64,000 nt of DNA from Dimorphilus gyrociliatus (taxonomy: Eukaryota; Animalia; Annelida): contig CAJFCJ010000019.1 in NCBI GenBank assembly GCA_904063045.1, positions 1,292,570-1,356,569 on the forward strand, written 5' to 3'. Below, piece by piece: positions 1-13,410 of this stretch. A program made the position numbers and the translations under genes. Position 1 is the stretch's first letter. Each line of letters begins with the position of its first letter. The notes beneath the pieces were generated by a model. The model had not been told where the DNA came from, ran no database searches, and saw only the letters and a list, made by a program, of their open reading frames with translations.

Positions 1-3000
1 ATTTAATTGCAAAGTTGACGCAATTCCAGAGGCGGAAGTTACCTGGTTTAAAGACGGAAGATTACTAGATAATAATTTTAGAATACATACTTTATCTAAA
101 GATGAAATTTTAGAGATAAGAAAAGCCGAGACATCCGATTCTGGTGTTTATACTTGTACAGCAAGAAATGAAATTGGAAAAGATTCATTATCATTTAATT
201 TCAAAGTTTACGGTATGTAAATAATAGAAATTTCAATGGAATTAACAAAATATAAATAATTGTTTCTTATCCTAATTTGCATATTAAGAACCTCCAACCT
301 TTGTTGATGAAGAAAGTTCAAAATTTCAAATACATGTTACGCTTGGTAATTCACTAGTAATTAACTGCTTCACTAGAGGAATACCAGAACCAAAAATCTC
401 TTGGTTTAAGAATGGTAAAATGCTGGATTTTTCAGAAAGGCATCATGAAATAAGTAATAACGGAAAATTATTACGTATTGATCATGTTAATGATTTTGAC
501 TCGGGAAGATATGCATGTTCTGCTTGGAACGAAGCTGGTAGTGCCTATAAAGATTTTATAGTATCCGTTTTTGGTTTGTATTTTATATTATCTATATTGT
601 TTATAAAAAATATAACGCTTTTCACAGTTAAACCTTACATTGAAATCGAAGGTATCAACTTTTATCCAACAACTGTAAAAGGTAAACATGTAATCTTCAA
701 TTGTCAACCACGAGGGCTACCTTTCCCAAATGTATCATGGTTAAAAAATGGAAAACCTTTCATTGGTGGAGAAAGGACAAGGCTTTTATCTGGAAGTAGG
801 CAATTGGAAATTCAACGGGCAATAGAGAATGATTCGGCTAATTATACGTGCATTGCGACGAATAGAGCTGGTTCCGCAAATATTTCATACCATCTAAAAG
901 TCATTGTTCCCCCAATAATTGATGATTCAAACTTAGTTGGCAAACCAATTGTGCTATTAAATTCAAAAGTCTATCTTGAATGTCCCTCTACCGGTTCTCC
1001 CCCTCCCAATATTACCTGGTACAAGAATAATGAAAAAATAGATTCAACAACAAAAAATGGTATTGAAATTAGAGGTCATCGATTAGGCATCTTAAGGGCA
1101 AGTTTAGAGGACAGTGGAAGATACGTTTGCGTTGTTACTAATGTTGCTGGCTCAACGAGACAAGTGTTTGATTTGGATGTATATTTTGAGCCAAAAGTTG
1201 ATAATATTGCAGAAAATTTGACAGTATTGGAGAACGAAACGGTGTCTATGCATTGCCCGATCACCGGTTATCCAATTCCAGTTGTTAATTGGTTCTTTAA
1301 AGGAAGTCAAATTCCAAGTAACTCTAGGAGGATAGTTACCTTTCTTGATGGACAAGAACTACGAATAACTAATGTAAGGAGAAAAGAAGCAGGCGATTAC
1401 GCTTGTGTTGCACAGAATTCAGTTGGAGAGGTTAAGAAACGTTTTCATTTGCAAGTTAAAGTCCCTCCAGTCATTAGAGGTAGGAATAAAGTGTTTATTA
1501 TCAACGTGCGTAAAGGTAACGAAATTCGTCTCGACTGTGTTGTCGAAGGCCAACCAAAACCAGTAATTATTTGGCTTAAAGATGGATCTCTCATTCCTCC
1601 TAATGATGTAAGAATAAGAGAAGCAGAAGATAGTCTTTTAATTTTTCCAGCTAAGACAGAAGATACAGGATTGTTTACATGTCTAGCCGAAAATGAGGCT
1701 GGACGCTCCGAAAAAAAATTCTCTATTCATGTTCAATTCCCACCTACATTTTTTGAAAATTCAACCGAAATTCTCAATTTAATTAGTGGCCAATCAGTTA
1801 TATTAAATTGCGATGTTATTGGGAAACCAACACCTACAATACAGTGGAAAAAAGACGGCCGAAAACTATTTATACATCTTTTAAACAAGATGCGTCTTTT
1901 GAGGGGAGGCTATCTTCTAGAGGTAAATGATCTACAAATTGATGATGGAGGCTATTACGAATGCGAAGCGTGGAATTCTGTAGGAGAAGGGAGAAAACGC
2001 TTTGAAGTTGTCGTTCAATCGCCACCTAAAATTCACCAAGCATTGACAGGAGAAGCGAATAAAATCATTTCCATGGAAAATACAAGAGCAGTTCTCAGAT
2101 GTAAAGTTGAAGCTGAACCTAAAGCTGAAATCATTTGGTTGAAGGATGGTGTATCTTTGCCTGATTATAGAATTGGAGAAGATGGAACTTTACAATTTTC
2201 AGAGGTTCATACTGGAGATAGTGGACAATACGAATGCTTGGCTAGAAACAGAGCTGGAGAAGATAAAGCATACTTCGATTTAAGAGTGTATTCATCCCCT
2301 AAAATTGAAGCTGATAGAAATGACGACCTTCAAGTTATGCTTGGTGAAACAGCATTCTTTAATTGTCGTACTAGAGGTCATCCTCCAGCAAAAATTGAAT
2401 GGTACAGAAATGGCAGAGTAATCAGAAATCAGTTTATTCATAATAACGGTACTCTTGAGATAAGACGCATTACTGAAGAGGATTTCGGTATATACATTTG
2501 TAGAGCTACCAATGAGGCTGGTTCAGAGACTAAAAGAGTCAACTTGAGAGTATTGATAGCCCCTCGTTTTAAAAATCCAAATGTTGCTGATATAACAGCG
2601 GAAGTTAATGAGCCTGTAACATTAATATGCGATGTTAAAGGAAAGCCGATGCCGCGGATAATGTGGATAAAAGACGGCGAACAATTGCGAAATGGAGATA
2701 GCCGTAGCTATAGAATATCAGCCATCGATAATCGTAATTTACATTTACCTTTACCAACGGTTGATGATTCTGGTACGTATACATGTGTAGCATGGAATGA
2801 AGTTGGTACTATCAGAAAACAGTTTGTCGTAAGCATTCAAGAAGCCGCCTGGATCAGACGGAAAGAAGAAAGAATTGGAGTTAAAGCAACGTCATTGACT
2901 ATTCTACCTTGCCAAGCATATGGCCATCCCAGACCAACTGTAATATGGTCAAAAAACGGGAGAAATATACCTAACTCTCCCAGATATCTTTTGAATCCAG

Positions 3001-4116
3001 AAGATGGCTCTTTAACTATACGTAATACGGTCGTGACTGATGCTGGAAAGTACGAATGTCGAGCCAAAAATAACGCAGGTGTTGCAGTAAAACATTTGTT
3101 TTTAACTGTTCATGGTAAGTAGAAATAATCGAATCTTTTAAATAGAGAAATAAGAGAATTCAACACTATTACTCTTATTTAAAGCTCCCCCGAGAATTAT
3201 TCGACATTCGCGAAATGAAAGGGATCTTCAGTGTGAAGCATCCGGACAGCCATTACCGAAAATTGTTTGGAGACGAAATGGACGATTAATTAGATCTTCT
3301 AGGAGTTTGAGGGGTAAAAGTATCTTTAGAGCTAATGAGGATGGCTTGTACGAATGTATTGCTGAAAATGATATTGGCATGGACAAGGCGGCTGTATCTG
3401 TAAGATCAATGAAAATAGCAGAAATTACTCTTGAAAATAATGCTAATTCGTTAAAAATGAGGCGTCTGGTAGGAGTATTTAGGAGGGATAAAGGGCTTGT
3501 ATGGGATAGTTTAAATGAATATTGGTTCATTTGGTCTCCTGTGTATTGGGCAACAGCTAGAGAAGTTCGTACAGCTCAGAATGGACGAACGATATCGGAT
3601 GGTATATTTAGAATTGAATCGTTTATTCGATTTTCAACTGGTGATGTTCTATACGTCGTACACAGTTCTTCCGGTTTTAACTCTAACGGCGTACTAAGAA
3701 TTAATACGAAAATCGACGGAACATGGCCAACAGATTTTGGACGTAAGCCTAGATATTTTGAAGAGTTTTACATAAGGGGTTCTAATGGTCAAATATTTAG
3801 TAAATCCCAAATGAATTTAGGCGGAAGGTCATATATAGCGGCAGAAATCAATTCCGAAATAAAGAGTTCGTCTAAAGATATCATACAAAAATATCTTGTT
3901 CAAAAGTTAATGGTTAACTTTAACAGACAAGGAATAAGTACTAAAATAGAGAAGGCGTCTAAAAGGTACGATCGTAAATGTCCAAATGGGTATAGATTAG
4001 ATTTTAGACGTTATTGCTGTGAAGATGTGGACGAATGTCAACTACGAAACTCTTGTTCACCCCACGATACTTGCAAGAATATTTTTGGTTCGTATATTTG
4101 TCAGATGACAACTTAG
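1..4116 (+). CDS. HMCN1: Hemicentin-like protein, 3' part (5' end outside window): about 12 I-set Ig domains, G2F domain, one Ca-binding EGF. Exons <1-212, 289-573, 628-3114, 3185-4116
   Basis: Repeated CxxxGxPxPxIxWxKxG...DxGxYxCxAxN Ig motifs. G2F-like segment SPVYWATAREVRTAQNGRTISDGIFRIESFIRFSTGDVL resembles hemicentin G2F. EDVDEC...CKNIFGSYIC is an EGF-Ca. GT-AG introns 213-288, 574-627 and 3115-3184 keep frame. Paralog assignment (HMCN1 vs 2) uncertain. Confidence 0.85.
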
Positions 4117-4440
4117 AAGAAATCATTGAGTTCCTATAGTTACATAGTAATGCGTGTCTTCTTCAATGAAATCGTCCGCTATTTTAACGAACAAATTGAA
4201 AATGTTCTTTACTCTCTCTTTCAATTGTATCATGTCATTTTTACGAAATTTTTAAAAGAATTTAACTATTTTAGATTATAAATTCGATTGTTTGTGTGAA
4301 AAGTATGAAAAGAATAAATACAATATAGAGAAGCTAAAATTTAACAAATATTCTTTTTTAATGGCGGCAATTTCTCTTCGTAAAACCATTATTTTAAGTG
4401 AACATTCTACTAGTTTCTAATGTATTAAATATATTATTTA

Positions 4441-7400
4441 TTAAATATCAACTGTAATATCGCATTTGGGACCCCTATAACCTTTGTGACAGAAACAAAT
4501 ATGGCCGTCAAACATTTTGCCACAAGTTCCAAAAGCGCATTGACCCTCCTCCAATTCAGAGCATGGTTTATCGATCATGCATTCGGAAACTGCTATTGCT
4601 TTAAACGACTCCATAGTATAACCACTTCTTTGACAATCAAATAAAAAGTCTCTGATGCTTTGGCAAGCAAAAAATTTCCTGTAATTCTCATCGGCGAAAC
4701 ATGTATCCAATTTACAATTTCTATGAGCTGTATCAACACTAACACTCTCACCACAAACTTTCGATTCTTCTTCAGATAGAATCAGATTGCATAGAGGATG
4801 TTCGTCATTTATGCAATCCTTAGATGTTATAAGGTGAGGGGGTGGAGCTACACAATTCCTAAAAAGAGGCATATATTCTAATATACTGTACTGTACAAGT
4901 ATCAAGATTATAAAACGATAGTGGTTATATTTACGGTTGGCTAATATCAATCCAAGAATGAGCTATAATTTCTCCACTTCTTAAAGATTCATTTAGTAAT
5001 TTACCGTTCTTTTCCCTAAAATCGTTACGTCTATCTCCATTAGCATCACCGCACAAACCATTAACTTTTGACCTCAATTCGTAATTTATTCCTATCTGCA
5101 AATAGAATTAATAGACGATCGTGTGTGCAATTTTCGAAAGCTTACTGATGTGTATTCGTCCGTTGGGAAATAATCAATTTCTACTAAATGTCTATAATTT
5201 AAAGTTATGAAACTTGAGTGATCTTGAACCGTTAAATAGTCACTAATGTTAATAGGAAGATTATAGAAAATGCCATGAACTTCTCCACCAGATGGAGTCT
5301 TTTTGTTTGTAATTGAATAACTTTGTCTGTTGAAGACGTCATCTCTCTGAAGCAAAAAAGAAAAAAATATCGATTTTATCTATTTTATTATTATTCCATT
5401 CACCTTTAAACGGACGAATTGCCTTCCTGGCCCGAGTTGATAAACAAACTCATCTAGCCACAATTGAACATAATGAAGTACTGAAAGACGTTTAGTAAAT
5501 AGAGGAGATTGTTTTGTATTAATAGTAACAGTAAATTTCGGGGATTCAGATATTACTGCCGAATAACGACAAGAGCCTTGAGAATCAAATTCAGCACCGT
5601 CAAAAGTTACATAGTGAGGTTCTCCTTGTATTTTACATATCGTATAACTTTCATTTCCACATGTTCGACCTCTATAACCTATTGGACATTTACAAGCAAA
5701 GTTTTGTCCTTCCGGTAAACATGTCCCCCCATTTTTACACGGTATTGATGCGCAAACGTCAAATTCACCTATATTAAAGATATAAATCTATTTATAGAAA
5801 TGAAAGAGAATATTTTATCTTTTTTTCTCTTACGCTTTTCACAGAATCGTCCTGTATATAAGTTCGGGCAAGCGCAAAAGCTCTATTGTAAAAGATAAGT
5901 ATATAAAAGAAGTTACGCAGTAGAGTTTAATTTAATTGTTTATGAATTAATAATTAATAAATAGTAATTAATTTACATAAGATCCTATCATAATGAATTT
6001 TCCACCATTTCGGCAGAATCCCGTTGCAGTACGAACGCCATTTGGAGCTTTGAAAAAAAAATGAAGAGATTAAAAGTAGCAAAAAAAGAATTTTAAATAT
6101 TTATATCTATTGATATTTCTTTTATACCGCAAATATGTCCTCTAAGGAATCCAATTGTATGTTTTTCAGAGCATTTATCCATAAGTGTTCCGTATTTGGG
6201 ACACATTACAGAGTGAATGGATGAGTTAGATGGTCTGTTGCATAAATCCATTATACACATTTCAAAGAAATTTTGTCTAACAGTCCTTTCGCACTGTGAA
6301 AATGGTCCTACATTATCAATTAAAGTTCCGCAGTATTGGCGAGACTTATAAAGTATTCTATCTTGTTTGGAACATTCCCTGATTAGTAATTCTTCCGTGC
6401 AAGTCTTATCTGGAATTTTCCAGCTTCTTCCAAATTCCAGTTTACCATTTAGATCATTTTTTAAAATTTTACCATCTTTACTATGCAAATCATTGAATGG
6501 ATCTCCGTCGTATGTTCCGCAAAGACCTCTCGTTTTTACCGCTCTTTCGTAATATGCAGGCAAACAAATCATAAAGCTGCCTATTGAGTTGTATTCTAAT
6601 CGAATTTGATCGTTTATCTTGGCAATAATTGAGGATGCTGCTCTATATAGTACAACATTTCCATCTCGATATTGACTATCCAATCGAGATATATCTCTTC
6701 CATCAGCTTTTATCTTATCGTTAGGTCCAATATGATATATTTTTGATTGGTACATTAATTTAATTTGTTCCAATTGACCACTTGATTTAGTTGTCACTGA
6801 TATTTTTAATCGAATATTTTCAACTTCTAAAAGGACATAAGAGCATTCACCCGACAAGGTGATGACAGCTGAATCGAAAGTAATATAATGAGGCCCGGCA
6901 GGTATTATACAACAAGAGTGACTGCCTCCCCTACTACATATTTTATCACTATAGTTATGATGACACTTGCAGCTAAAGTTACTTTGTCCCTTGGCAACGC
7001 AAATACCGTCATTTTTACACCTAGACACTTGGTTACAGGGATTAGTGGCAGCTGTACAAAAGAAATAACCAAAGTGATTTTATTTTTATTAGATTAGATT
7101 CAATAGGAAATATCTATTTACGTGGAATCGAACAAGACTCTCCTCCGTATCCTTGATTACATACGCACACGTGGTGACGACTACCGATGGGTTCACAACG
7201 GCCATTAATGCATTTGTTGGGAGAACAAACACCAATTCCACAATACTTTGCCAAAACATCTTCCTTTAAACCGCAAACGTTTACGACAACTTCGTGAATA
7301 ATCTCGCAGGCGGTGAAGCGAGCAAAGCTAGGACTCCCATGACAAACATCCATCGCGCAACTTCTATAGTAGTCGAATACACCACTGTTAGGCCTTCGAC

Positions 7401-10400
7401 GACAAGAATCAAAATCTTCACTATCAAGTAGAGAACGACAATAGGGGTCGATCCTTTGGCAAAGTGGTGGATTTTTAACAAGGGGACAGGACATTCGACT
7501 ATCTCTCCAACTCTCAACAATTAATTCAGCATTTTCTAAGCTATCTGTAAGAACTTTACTTTTTCTATTTCTCATTACCCAATCATTACCGGAAATACCA
7601 TCGGCATTACCGCAGATACCGTCTCTAAGTTGCTCTTTACTACCAGTAATACAAACATCGGCCTCTCGAACATCACTTAACGTAAGCGTCACTTCTACGG
7701 CGTCGTTTTTATGCTCCGCAAGAAATATTATTCTCTTACCAATGCTAGTAATTTTCATAATTGAATCAGATGAAAATGGTAGAGTTTGGTTTTTCTATTA
7801 AATTAAAAGACAACGCATTATTATAATTAAGGTAGATAATTATATATTTAAGTTTACATTCAGGAAACTACTCAAAAGATAACTTTGAGTATTGAATCCA
7901 CTCTTTGTTACTTTTATATAAACTTCATCCGTAACTGATACTTGATTATCGAAATTTTCACTCTTCTTAGTCGATACTCGAATTTCAATTCTCACGTTAT
8001 CATTATTGATCCTGGCTAAAACGTAGCGACAAACACCTTGATAATCGAATAACGCTCCATCCCAAGTGATAAAATGCGGATCTCCGGTTGACGAGCAGCA
8101 TTTCCAGTCTCTTTCCGTACATGTTTTCCCCATCCAGCCTCCGCGACATGAACAAGTATAGTCATGTGTTTCTGAATTTCTACAAGTTCCACCATTCTGA
8201 CAAGGATGAGAAGTACAAGGTTGAGTTGCTATTTCTGTTGCATATGATGTTTATTAGAAATACAATACATTTTATAAAATAACTTAGGGCTAACGTTTTT
8301 CGCAATAAGGTCCTGTAAATCCCTTATAACAAACACACCAGGTGCCACCGCGAAATTTTGGTACGCAAATGCCACGGCCATTACAATTTGGTCCGCAAGT
8401 TTTTCTATCACAAACATTATTCCATTGAACACTATCATACGGTATCCTACAGATTCCTCTCAAATTAAAGAAATCTGAACATATAGAATAATCCAATGCT
8501 CCAATTGAATAGCCGCAAGTATCTTCTTTGATTAGCCTACAAGACGTTTTATTGTTAGAAAATGACTTATATTTTGAAAGAAGTGGACTTTGTATTACTT
8601 TTCCATGTCAATGCTATTCCAGATTGGAGAGGAAAAGCATAATTTTGCAGAATTCATAAAATAAGCGAAAAACCTCTTTGTATTGCCTTCAATTATTTTC
8701 GTTAGACAATTTGAAGTTGGAGGTGGGACTATTGAACAACTTTTCACCGTTGCGGGATTGAAATCATCTTTCTTATTTCCATTGAAATTACCGCAAAGGC
8801 CATTCGACTCAAAGCTATTTCTCTGGCGCTCATTTAAACAAATCTAAAAAAATAGCTTATCGTTAAGCAAGACCTATAATCCTCAAAGTAGAACTAAACA
8901 TACATTTAATCCCCTGAATCGGTCAAATAAGAGCTCATGCCCTCCTTTCCAAAGAACTTTTGACATGCCATTCGCCATGTTATATATTTGATAATGTTTA
9001 CTCTTTTCATAGGGAACCTGATTTTGAGTAAGGTGAATAATCTTGTGCGGATTGTTTAGCGTAAGGCGGATTTGTCTTTCTGGCCATCCAAATTTATCAG
9101 GAAAACTATCCTTTGTAATTAGATCAATTCTAAATGAAGATCTTTTTTCGATAATCAAACTCTCTTTACAAATTTCCCTCCTCCTGTGAATGTAACCATC
9201 AAAAGTCCTTATGAAATTATTCCAAATGTTACAACAGGATTTCAGGCTTGCCGATTGACAAATATCACCGATGTAACCTCTTGGACAATCGCATTTGAAG
9301 TTTTGACCATTAATTTTTCGTTCACTATAAATGCATTCACCTTCGTTCCAGCATGGATTAGAGAAGCAGGGATTCGGTTTTGATACTGCAAAATGTATTA
9401 AAAATATAATCTTCTTATTTTGTAAAAGTTTTATTTTTTGTTACTTTTGCAGTTTGGTCCTGAATACATAAATTGTTTATTGGTTATACAGGTACATTTA
9501 TAGGCGTTTCCAACAGCTCTGCATTGTCCTCCATTCTGACAAGGGTTACTGTGGCAATAGTCCACCTCAGTACAGTTTATACCAAAAAATCTTCTAGGGC
9601 ATTGACAAACGTACGAAAGATGACTGGTACGTTTGCAAGTTCCACCATTTTTACAGGGTAACGTTTCGCAAATGTCAACTGAAAGCAATTGTTACATCTG
9701 TTAAAGATTTATTATAAATACTTTATATTATGAGCTAAAAATTAGTAATTGACAAACATTCGTTACACCATTTCCCATGGTAACCAGGACGACATTTACA
9801 GCGATCGTCTACGCAAATTCCGTTACGACAAACTTCTATATCGCAAACTCTGTTTTGACAGAATAATCCGCCATATTTTTTAGAACACTTGCATTCAAAT
9901 CTCTGTCCTCTATCGACATGGACACAAGTACCGTTATTGTTACAGGGGTTACTAAAGCACGGATCTATAAAATTCAAATATAGCTATTATATAAATAGTT
10001 TTACAATTGAAATTATCACTTGGAATATCGCATTTTTCCCCTGTAAAGCCTCTAAGACACGTGCAAACAGCTCTTAACTGTGGAGTGTTTCCAATTGATT
10101 GAGGTCTACACGTTCCACGAATACAAGGACTCCTTAAACAAGGATTAACTGGAATATTACAAGTTTTCCCCTTAAATGACTCTTTACATATACAAGCAAA
10201 CACTTCAGACGTAGTATTACATCTCCCATAGGGGGCATTGCAATCATCATCTCTGCATCCTATAATAAAAACACAAACTTATTTAAAAGGTCCAATTTTT
10301 CAATAAAAGAATTACTTTTACTATAAAAGAAAGTGTTTTTAAAGGAATATGATAAAATATAAGCATACTAGGCCTGCAATTCATAGGATCATCCGTTTTG

Positions 10401-13095
10401 GGAATAAATCCACTTTGACAACTGCACCGAAACGTTCCCGGTAAATTAGTACAGGATTGGCAATAGTTTGGCTTTTTTCTTCTCTTCTCCTTAAATTCGT
10501 GTAATTGACATTCGTTTATATCGACACAATTAACCTTAGCATTCCAGCCTTGAGTTTTACAGATCGCTTCAATTCTCGCTTCGGTATGAGACATACCGTA
10601 AATGTAATAACCTGCCGAACAAGCTACGATGACGCTCTCACCTGGTTCAAAAGCTTTCTTAAGGGAGGAAAACCTTATTAGGGACATAGTGTTTGTCAGT
10701 TGTTCTGTTCGGCATTTAATTGTCGGAACACATTCGTGAAAGGAACAACTTCTCTTGCTTACAAAGCCTTTCTGTCTGCAATTGAAATCTTGTCGATAAG
10801 TTCTAATTTGAGTCTTGCAATCGGAATCCAAGAGACGACCCTTCAAACAATACTGGTGACCTCCTTCTCCAATATAGTATGGTTTATATATTTTACTCCT
10901 CCAGTCACCAAACATAAAAACTAATGAATTCATTAAAGGTTTCTCAATCCTACATTGTTGCTCTTTCCTATTGACTTGTATACACTTTATCTCATTATTA
11001 CAAGCCCCGCCATTAACAATAACTCCATTCAAATTCTTATATTGTATTAGTAGCCAATCAGAGCCATCACCTTGACGATAATTGAAGGAAAAAGTTCTTT
11101 CGTAGAAGTATTGGCATGTAATTTGACCAGATCCACCGTCCGATTGGAAGCACGAATATTGATTCGATGTCTATAGAAAACGATGTTTGGCAAAAGTGTG
11201 AAATATATGCAAACAAGTTTGTTTAACTACCGAGTGCATAGCGATAACTCTACGTCCAGTTTCGTCGAGATGAACGTATAAAGATATTAACGGACTGTTT
11301 TTACTGGAAAAGGTCGTTAGTAACAATAAATTCCCACTACACGCTCTAGAACCATCAATATTTCTACTGCTAAATGATCTTATCTTCCCTAATTGTAATT
11401 CGCAAGAATGAATAACAATAGGAGTAAGTGTTGTCCTTGGAGTAGGATTACGAACGAGTTTCACAAGGGTAACAGGTATTGTTGTTGTAGGTATGCTATA
11501 GTCTTGTTTTTTTTTTAAAAAGAAAAATTGAGCTATTTTCAAAGAAAGAGATAAAAAGAAAAAAAAATACTTACTGCAATTTCTACGGCAAGAGTCACAT
11601 CCTGTTTCCAAGGTATCAGCAGAAAATTGCTCGAAATTAGGCCTATTCTTGCAGTTATAAGCAGAACAGCCTAGCCAAGATAAATTAATATTCCATTGTC
11701 TTCCGCATTCACTTTGACTAGTAAAGAATTTTGATAAGAGTTGAAAAGGTGGGACAATCTATTTAATCCAAGTTCATTAACATTTGAGTAATACTAGACA
11801 AGGAAATAAGATATTTTCTTACTTTAATTGTATAGAAATCAGGTAATTTTTTATAGTCTTTTAAGATAATCCTAAAGTATTTCTCTTCGGCTCGTATAAT
11901 CTTGAAAGAGTAAGTATCGAATCTTTTGACAAACCAGTGAGTACTGACGATCTTTTGTCTGGTCTTAATGTACTGTAAAGGAGTAGGAAGAGGAAGAGGA
12001 GAAGAATATATATATATATATATATATATATAAGTACAACTAAAAGGTAATGATAAATATATTTATAAGTTACTTAAAAACAACTAACGTCAAATGAGAC
12101 CCAGGATAGTCTCATAATTCCGGTGACATTCCTCCAATAGACCTAAATACAGGATGATGATTTATAAAATTAATTGATTAAAAAAAAAGAGAAAAAGCAA
12201 CTATTTAAAAATAGAACCAACGTAAAAGTATTCTCCTATTAATTTGTCGTCGATAAGGATGTATGGACTACGATTCTCTTTCTTATGTCCAACCCATACT
12301 ATTATATTTAAATCGGGTCTCGCATACACTAAAGCTTTCATGATATATGGACAACTAAATGCCTCAATTTCACAGTTTCTCCCAGATGGTGGAACAGTTG
12401 TACTAATTCGAGGTTTAAAAGTTGGATTTTTAACGGCGCAACGACGCTTAACAAGGCGTAAAAGATGAAAGGGCAAGCCCTTTTGTAAACAACCCTCTAA
12501 GCATATTTTTCCAGTTGTTCTAACAGGAGGAGATTGGCAAAACCAATCTATCTTTGTGAATCTTCCTACAGACACTTGGTATATCTGGAATAAGAAAAGA
12601 GAAATCATGTAAATAGAGAAAGTAGACTAACAATTTCTATTAGAAGAACTTGAAGAAAAACTAAAGATTTGCATTTACCCATAATTGGTTCCTTGAAATG
12701 TAGATTTTGACATTAGGATCGAACGACCAAGTGACTAGTATTCTATTATCTTTATCAAATCCTATATGTAATTTATCGAGATAAATTGGTAATTTTTTTA
12801 CTGAGCGAGTGATAGAATTTAATGCAACATTTTCAACTGGAATGACTGCAATAACGGAAGATTTTTGTTCGAAAACGGTATACAATAGATTTTGAAATTT
12901 TCCATTCATTGATATCCAAGTACTTGCTATATAAATTTTTAAGTAAAAATTACGGTACCATATTGTAGCCCCTTCATAAAACCAATCAACACCGCCTCGT
13001 ACGTTATTCGAGCACAATTCATTTCTTATAATAGTACAACTCTTCTGATCCGTCGAAACGGTCGTAATAATCACAAGTATTAGTATAAATATCAT
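4441..13095 (-). CDS. Large secreted multidomain protein (about 2,300 aa, >20 exons): signal peptide, three divergent Cys/Thr-rich modules, sushi, EGF cluster, four EGF-VWD-C8 units, terminal EGF
   Basis: MIFILILVIITTVSTD signal peptide at 13095. Many EGF motifs (e.g. CETLPCKNGGTC). VWD starts CCSSTGDPHFITWDG (8074-8085), AGPHYITFD (6888-6899), GEPHYVTFDG (5614-5625) and a degenerate one near 9200. VWD ends GLCGNFNG, GLCGTYDG, GICGNADG. C8-like Cys patterns. The exon junctions I traced were GT-AG and kept frame, but not all were checked. Confidence 0.8.
12006..12032. repeat. (TA)n microsatellite in an intron of the VWD gene
   Basis: Perfect TA run. Confidence 0.9.
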
Positions 13096-13224
13096 AATCC
13101 ACTCGAAGCTTTATTTTTAACTTTTCATTAACTTTTTCGCAAAGGAAAATGACGGTGACAGATAAACCAGTTGAGAACATATAAAAAGTGTTTTTTTTTT
13201 TAAAAAAAAAAAAGAAAGATTAAT

Positions 13225-13410
13225 ATGTGTACGTGCACGTATATGTGTATGTATATATACTGTATAAATTTTATATATATGTACGTATGTAGGTATTGTT
13301 TTCATATATATATATATGTATGTAGTAGGCCTACTAGTGCTATGAAAAGAGAATATATATTTTATACTGTATATACTATATATATATATATATATATATA
13401 TTCAATATAC
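13225..13410. repeat. Compound TA/ATGT low-complexity tract upstream of the VWD gene
   Basis: Interrupted (TA)n and tatgta units; explains the spurious 13225-13440 ORF. Confidence 0.8.

Noticed and set aside
574-627. 54-nt in-frame, stop-free hemicentin intron whose retention would insert a TM-like hydrophobic stretch
   Set aside because: Good GT/AG signals, and splicing restores the Ig-Ig linker. T-rich introns translate as F/L/I by default, so this is no evidence of a membrane isoform.
1076-3530. Short antisense ORFs over hemicentin (and similar ones over VARS, PTGES2, the P450s, MFS, MGAT5, ATP2C1 and DDX10)
   Set aside because: Shadows of long coding exons with no motifs and mostly non-ATG starts.
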